A DNA stretch of 10,699 bases, taken from an uncultured bacterium (GTDB lineage Bacteria; Abyssobacteria; SURF-5). A program made the translations under genes and the position numbers. Within the stretch, counting starts at the first letter, position 1. The number at the start of each line of letters is the position of its first letter. This document shows, in pieces, positions 6,254 to 10,699 of this stretch. The stretch spans positions 29,939 through 40,637 of the forward strand of contig CAZEBC010000005.1 of NCBI GenBank assembly GCA_964510165.1. The letters run 5' to 3'. The notes under the pieces were generated by a model, which worked only from the letters and a program-made list of their open reading frames with translations, ran no database searches and was not told the DNA's origin.

Positions 6254-8137
6254 ATGAAAAGAATAAGCAAACCCGCTGCCTGCCTTATGATGCTGCTCAT
6301 CGCAACCTCTACGTTTGTGATTGCGAATCAGTCTTCGGAGGGAAGCAATAGCCAGGGGAATCGGAAGCGGACTTTTCTCAAGGCGGACCTCCAATGGAAG
6401 TTTTACCGGTTGCTGGACACGCTTGACAAGCATTTCAAGCTGCCTCACAAAAAGATAGAGAATGGAACACCGGACCGGCACACTCAGATACAGGTCGAGA
6501 GGAATGTCCGAATCCCGATGCGTGACGGCGTCGGGCTCTACGCCAACGTGTACAGGCCGAAATCTGAGGGAAAGTTTCCGGTCATCCTGACCAGGCTTCC
6601 CTACGGCAAGGACGAGTACTATTGTTTCATGCCCGCCATTGGGAAATTCTGGGCGAGGAAGGGATACGCATTCGTGGCTCAGGACGTTCGCGGAAAATTC
6701 GGTTCCGAGGGCGAGTTCGACCCTCTCATCAACGAGGTCGAGGACGGATACGACACACTCGATTGGATTTCGAAGCAGTCCTGGTGCGACGGCAACATAG
6801 GGATGGAAGGAGAGTCATATTTCGGATATACGACATGGGCGGGCGCGGTGAGCGGACACCCGAGCCTCAAGTGCGTCTCGCCCATGAACACCGCCATGGA
6901 TTTCCATGATGTGATATTCCAAAACGGCGCGCTCACACTGCAGACTGTGGGGCTGTATCCGATTCTCATGCAGGGGAGAACGTATCAGAACGTGATGCGT
7001 CTCGACCGAATGCATCTCCCGCTCATTACCATGGATGACGCGGCAGGCCTCCCCACGCCGTCTTACGACAGGCTTCTCCAGCATCCGTTTCGGGACGAGG
7101 TGACGGAGCGCTACAATCTCCGCAACAGGCGAGGCCGGGTTGAGATACCGATGCTTGTGGTGGCGGGCTGGTATGATGTGTTCCTCAAGACAACGATTGA
7201 TGACTGGCTCTTGCAGAGCCGGATGAACGCAGGCGCCGAAGCGGGAGGAAGACAGTGGATACTCATTGCCCCCATCGACCACGAGTCCACGCCGACCGAA
7301 ACACACCGGATCGGCAAGCTCGACATCGGCGACAAGAGCGCGACGACGATCTGGGAAGTGAGACAGGAGTTCTATGACAAATATCTGAAGGGAATGGATA
7401 ACGGCTTTGAGGAGACCCCACCAGTTCGGATGTTCGTGATCGGCGATAACGAGTGGCGATATGAGAATGAGTGGCCTCCGGCAAGAACGCAGCGCACCGA
7501 TTATTACTTTCACAGCGGTGGGAAGGCGAACACGCTGGACGGAGACGGCGTGCTGAATCTGAGCGCGCCCGCCGATGAGTCCTTTGACACGTATGTGTAC
7601 GATCCCGAGGACCCCGTGAAAATCCACTATGATATCGATCTCTGGGCGCTCGCGGAGCAGATGAAGGACAGGCTTTCTGCGGAAAAGAGGCAAGACGTTC
7701 TTGTCTATACGAGCGCGCCGCTGGAGAAAGACACTGAGATCACCGGCCCAATTGAGGTCACGCTGTACGCCGCCTCATCGGCCGTGGACACCGATTTCAC
7801 CGCCGCCTTGGTCGACGTCTTTCCGAATGGATACCTGCATTTGGTCCAGGAAGGCATTCAGCGGGCGAGCCACCGCGAATCCGACGCGAGGCCGGTCTTC
7901 CTTGAGCCCGAAAAGGTATACGAGTACCGCATCGACCTCTGGGCCACAAGTTATGTCATGAAAGCAGGCCACAGAATACGCGTCGAAATATCGAGCAGTA
8001 ACTTCGACCGCTTCGACCGCAATCTGAACACCGGCGCCGAATTTGGCACGACTTCCGAAACGGCGCGGGCAACCCAGAAAATTCATCACAGCGCCGAGCA
8101 CCCTTCGCGCATAACTCTGCCGGTGATTCCGAAATGA
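6254..8137 (+). CDS. CocE/NonD family (peptidase S15-like) alpha/beta hydrolase, probably exported (~627 aa)
   Basis: Motifs IPMRDGV.L, RLPYGK, QDVRG...SEG, nucleophile GESYFG, GWYD and PIDH, plus a C-terminal jelly-roll segment (YDPEDP, RQDVLVYTS, GHRIRVEISSSNF). ATG 6254 has AGGAG at 6238-6242 and begins a signal-peptide-like MKRISKPAACLMMLLIATSTFVIA. Confidence 0.92.
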   Translation: MKRISKPAACLMMLLIATSTFVIANQSSEGSNSQGNRKRTFLKADLQWKFYRLLDTLDKHFKLPHKKIENGTPDRHTQIQVERNVRIPMRDGVGLYANVYRPKSEGKFPVILTRLPYGKDEYYCFMPAIGKFWARKGYAFVAQDVRGKFGSEGEFDPLINEVEDGYDTLDWISKQSWCDGNIGMEGESYFGYTTWAGAVSGHPSLKCVSPMNTAMDFHDVIFQNGALTLQTVGLYPILMQGRTYQNVMRLDRMHLPLITMDDAAGLPTPSYDRLLQHPFRDEVTERYNLRNRRGRVEIPMLVVAGWYDVFLKTTIDDWLLQSRMNAGAEAGGRQWILIAPIDHESTPTETHRIGKLDIGDKSATTIWEVRQEFYDKYLKGMDNGFEETPPVRMFVIGDNEWRYENEWPPARTQRTDYYFHSGGKANTLDGDGVLNLSAPADESFDTYVYDPEDPVKIHYDIDLWALAEQMKDRLSAEKRQDVLVYTSAPLEKDTEITGPIEVTLYAASSAVDTDFTAALVDVFPNGYLHLVQEGIQRASHRESDARPVFLEPEKVYEYRIDLWATSYVMKAGHRIRVEISSSNFDRFDRNLNTGAEFGTTSETARATQKIHHSAEHPSRITLPVIPK

Positions 8138-8150
8138 GGGGGCCGAGCCG

Positions 8151-8164
8151 CAAGTGATTCTTGA
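8151..8164. promoter_or_regulatory. Second copy of the CAAG-N5-CTTG dyad upstream of the SDR gene
   Basis: CAAGTGATTCTTGA is 13/14 identical to CAAGCGATTCTTGA at 6160-6173. It lies in the 54-bp intergenic gap. Confidence 0.45.
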
Positions 8165-8191
8165 GCGCGCCGGAGCAAAGGAGGAATCTTT

Positions 8192-8959
8192 ATGGAAATC
8201 AAAGGAAATACCGCACTGGTGACCGGCGGCGCGTCCGGCCTCGGCGAAGCCGCGGCGCGCATGGTTGCGGCGTCGGGCGGCAACGTCGTCATCATGGACA
8301 TACAAGACGAGCAGGGCGCAGCGCTCGCGAAGGAAGTGGGCGCCGCGGCAATTTTCCTGAAAACGGATGTAACAAATGAAGATGATGTCCGAGCCGCGAT
8401 AGAGACGGCGACGAAACATTTCGGCGGCGTTCACTTCTGCATAAACTGCGCCGGAGCGGGACTGGCCATGAGAACTGTTTCACGAACAGGCCCGCATGAC
8501 CTCGGCGCGTTCGAGTGGCTGATAAAGCTGAATCTTATCGCAACCTTCAACGTTGCCAGCAAGGCGGCATTCGCCATGTCCGCGAACACGCCCAACGAGC
8601 AGGGCGAGCGAGGCGTCATCGTCAATGTCGCGAGCATCGCCGCGTTTGACGGCCAGATCGGGCAGGCGGCGTATTCCGCCTCCAAGGGCGGCGTGGTTGG
8701 TATGACGCTGCCGATGGCGCGCGACCTCGCGGGCCTCGGTATTCGCGTGGTCACCATCGCGCCGGGGCTGTTCGACACGCCCTTGCTGGCGGCGCTGCCG
8801 GAGGAAGGACGGAAAGCGCTGAGCTCGTCGGTTCCATTCCCGAACCGATTGGGAACGCCGCAGGAGTTCGCGCTGCTCGTCGAACATGTTTTGAGAAACC
8901 CGTATTTGAATGGGGAAACCATTCGTCTGGACGCCGCGCTTCGGATGCCGCCAAAGTAG
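8192..8959 (+). CDS. SDR family 3-hydroxyacyl-CoA dehydrogenase type II (HSD17B10/HSD10-like) (255 aa)
   Basis: Motifs TGGASGLG, acidic NAD-preferring Asp (IMDI), [45 protein letters not shown] and [21 protein letters not shown] at 8178-8184. Confidence 0.95.
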   Translation: MEIKGNTALVTGGASGLGEAAARMVAASGGNVVIMDIQDEQGAALAKEVGAAAIFLKTDVTNEDDVRAAIETATKHFGGVHFCINCAGAGLAMRTVSRTGPHDLGAFEWLIKLNLIATFNVASKAAFAMSANTPNEQGERGVIVNVASIAAFDGQIGQAAYSASKGGVVGMTLPMARDLAGLGIRVVTIAPGLFDTPLLAALPEEGRKALSSSVPFPNRLGTPQEFALLVEHVLRNPYLNGETIRLDAALRMPPK

Positions 8960-9030
8960 TCGAACCCGTCCCAAGAAAGCGCTCACTCTTTAACGGCGAG
9001 CATCGGTGAGGCCGTCGCGTATTGCACCGC

Positions 9031-10695
9031 TTACGGCAGGGTTGCGGGAAGGGTGAAGGTGAAGCGGCTCCCCTTGCCGGGAGCGCTCTCCAGGCTGATG
9101 GCGCCGCCCAGCGCCTCGACCGCCATCTTGCAGAACGCAAGCCCCAGGCCGGTGTCGGTCTTGCGGCCGAATTCGCGGAGTTCGGCCTGGCAGAACTTCT
9201 CGAAGATCGTCTGATGGAACTCCTCGGGTATGCCCTCTCCAAAATCCTGGATGCTAAACGACACGGAGTTCTCTTCCTTTGCAGGGATGACCTCGATGAA
9301 TATCTCGCCCTTAGCCTCCGAATGTTTGATGGCGTTGGAGATCATGTTGGAAAGGATTCGCTCGAGCAGGCGTGGGTCAGATTGAATGATCTGGGCGGCG
9401 GGGTCAATCCGCGCGTGGACCGCCTTGTCCTCCTTCTTGGTGAGCGCGGCATATCGCTCGACTGTTCGGTTAACGAGGTCCGCCGTATCGATTGCGGTCT
9501 TCTCGATCTGGATTTTGCCGCTCTCAAGCTTCGATATCTCGAGCAGGTTGGTGATCATCTCGGACAGCTTGAACTGGTTGCGCTTCGCCATCTGGAGGTA
9601 TTCGGCCTGCTGTTCGGTCGGCTGGTTGGCCGGGTCGTAGGCGATCATGTCGAGCGCCAGCATCGTGTTGTTGACGGGGTTCTTCATGTCGTGCACGATC
9701 ATGTTGACGAGGTCCTCTTTCAACGCCTCGAGTTCTCTCAGCTTGCGGTTGGTCTCGCGCATCTCCTCATTGACGGCGTTGAGGATGTTTATCTTGAGGT
9801 TCTCCTCGTAGAGACGGATGTTGTCGATGGCGACGCCGGCGGAGTTGGCCACCATGGTGAGGAGCTGCAAATGCTCCTCGGTGAAGTGGCCCGGCGAGCC
9901 GCGGTGGTCCACGTAGATGATGCCGAGTTTCTCCTTGCGGCCCCTGATGGGCACGCACATGGCCGATATGATGTGGCCGTCCAGGATGCTCTCTTTCCGG
10001 GCAAATCGCTTGTCCTCGAAGGCGTTTGAGGTAATGATGGACTCCTCATTGTCGAGTACGCGCTGCGCGATCGTGCGGCTGAACGCGACGTCGGAGGACA
10101 CGTCCGGACTGCCCGCTTTTTTCTTGGTGGCAATAAGCTGCAATTCCGAGGTCCACTTGTCCAGAAGCATGAGGTAACCGCGGTCGGCGTCGAAGAACGG
10201 GAAAACGATGTCGAGAATCTTCGCGGCGAGCTGCTTCAGGTCGAAGATCGAGGAAATTATCCGGTTGACCTCGTAGACCCGCTTGAGGTTTTCATGGGCC
10301 TGTCGCAGCGCCTCCACGTTCTCCGGAGGCGGGCTTTCACTCGAGAAGCTTTTGATAATTTCCTTTGAATCCTTTCGCTGAACCTGATGGTGAGCTTCCT
10401 CTTCGGCGAGTGAAAGCAGATACCGCAGGCGGGTGTTACCCATCTGAATTTCGTCGTTGTCGCGCAGCCGTTTGCGGTGAATCCTGATTCCGTTGACAAG
10501 CGTTCCATTTGCCGAGCCGACATCCTCGATGAAATGGGCCTTGTTGAGGTACGTCACCGTCGCGTGGAAAGAAGAAACGGTCTCGTCCGAAACCACAAGG
10601 TCGTTCTGCTGAGACCGGCCCACGCTCAGCCGCTTCGAATCGATGCGGCGAGAGGCGCCCTTCTCGGGACCGGATTCAAACCGAAGGTAAGGCAT
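9031..10695 (-). CDS. Cytoplasmic sensor histidine kinase with FHA-GAF-HisKA-HATPase_c architecture (554 aa)
   Basis: FHA motifs VGRS..ND, VSSFHA and GSANGT.VNG. GAF motifs FSRTI, SAMCVP, GIIYVD and FTEEHLQLL..VANSAGVAIDN. H-box HDMKNP, N-box SNMISNAIKHS, G1 DFGEGIP, F-box IFEKF, G2 TGLGLAF. No transmembrane segment is evident. The start is 4 nt from the window edge, so the RBS is not visible. Confidence 0.93.
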   Translation of the reverse strand: MPYLRFESGPEKGASRRIDSKRLSVGRSQQNDLVVSDETVSSFHATVTYLNKAHFIEDVGSANGTLVNGIRIHRKRLRDNDEIQMGNTRLRYLLSLAEEEAHHQVQRKDSKEIIKSFSSESPPPENVEALRQAHENLKRVYEVNRIISSIFDLKQLAAKILDIVFPFFDADRGYLMLLDKWTSELQLIATKKKAGSPDVSSDVAFSRTIAQRVLDNEESIITSNAFEDKRFARKESILDGHIISAMCVPIRGRKEKLGIIYVDHRGSPGHFTEEHLQLLTMVANSAGVAIDNIRLYEENLKINILNAVNEEMRETNRKLRELEALKEDLVNMIVHDMKNPVNNTMLALDMIAYDPANQPTEQQAEYLQMAKRNQFKLSEMITNLLEISKLESGKIQIEKTAIDTADLVNRTVERYAALTKKEDKAVHARIDPAAQIIQSDPRLLERILSNMISNAIKHSEAKGEIFIEVIPAKEENSVSFSIQDFGEGIPEEFHQTIFEKFCQAELREFGRKTDTGLGLAFCKMAVEALGGAISLESAPGKGSRFTFTLPATLP

Positions 10696-10699
10696 GATT

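Noticed and set aside
6359-6382. Tat-like motif N-R-K-R-T-F-L-K in the CocE N-terminus
   Set aside because: It lies after the hydrophobic segment and is not followed by an h-region, so it is not a credible Tat signal.
8960-9030. Possible terminator between the convergent SDR and kinase genes
   Set aside because: Only 4-5-bp complementarities (ACGGC/GCCGT, CTCAC/GTGAG) and no properly placed T-tract.

Overview
GC-rich bacterial window from a probable diderm (it encodes an outer-membrane beta-barrel), with nine protein-coding genes and no recognisable rRNA, tRNA, CRISPR or mobile element. The left part is a tight minus-strand operon: split transketolase N- and C-subunits, an uncharacterised protein with two SCP2-like repeats, and a patatin-like lipid acyl hydrolase. 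Divergent from it, a near-consensus sigma-54 promoter and a ~220-nt apparently structured leader precede an acidic BBP2/DUF1597-type porin. Next come a YcaC-like cysteine hydrolase (-), a probably exported CocE/NonD hydrolase (+), an HSD10-like SDR (+) and an FHA-GAF-histidine kinase (-). The most interesting points are: (i) the transketolase has Ala at the position of the conserved substrate-binding Asp (GEDGPTHQ becomes GAAGTTHH) and sits with lipid-handling genes; (ii) the sigma-54 promoter plus leader of the porin; (iii) a shared CAAG-N5-CTTG dyad upstream of both the CocE and SDR genes; (iv) the FHA-GAF-HK architecture. All family calls come from motif recognition by eye; no searches were run.
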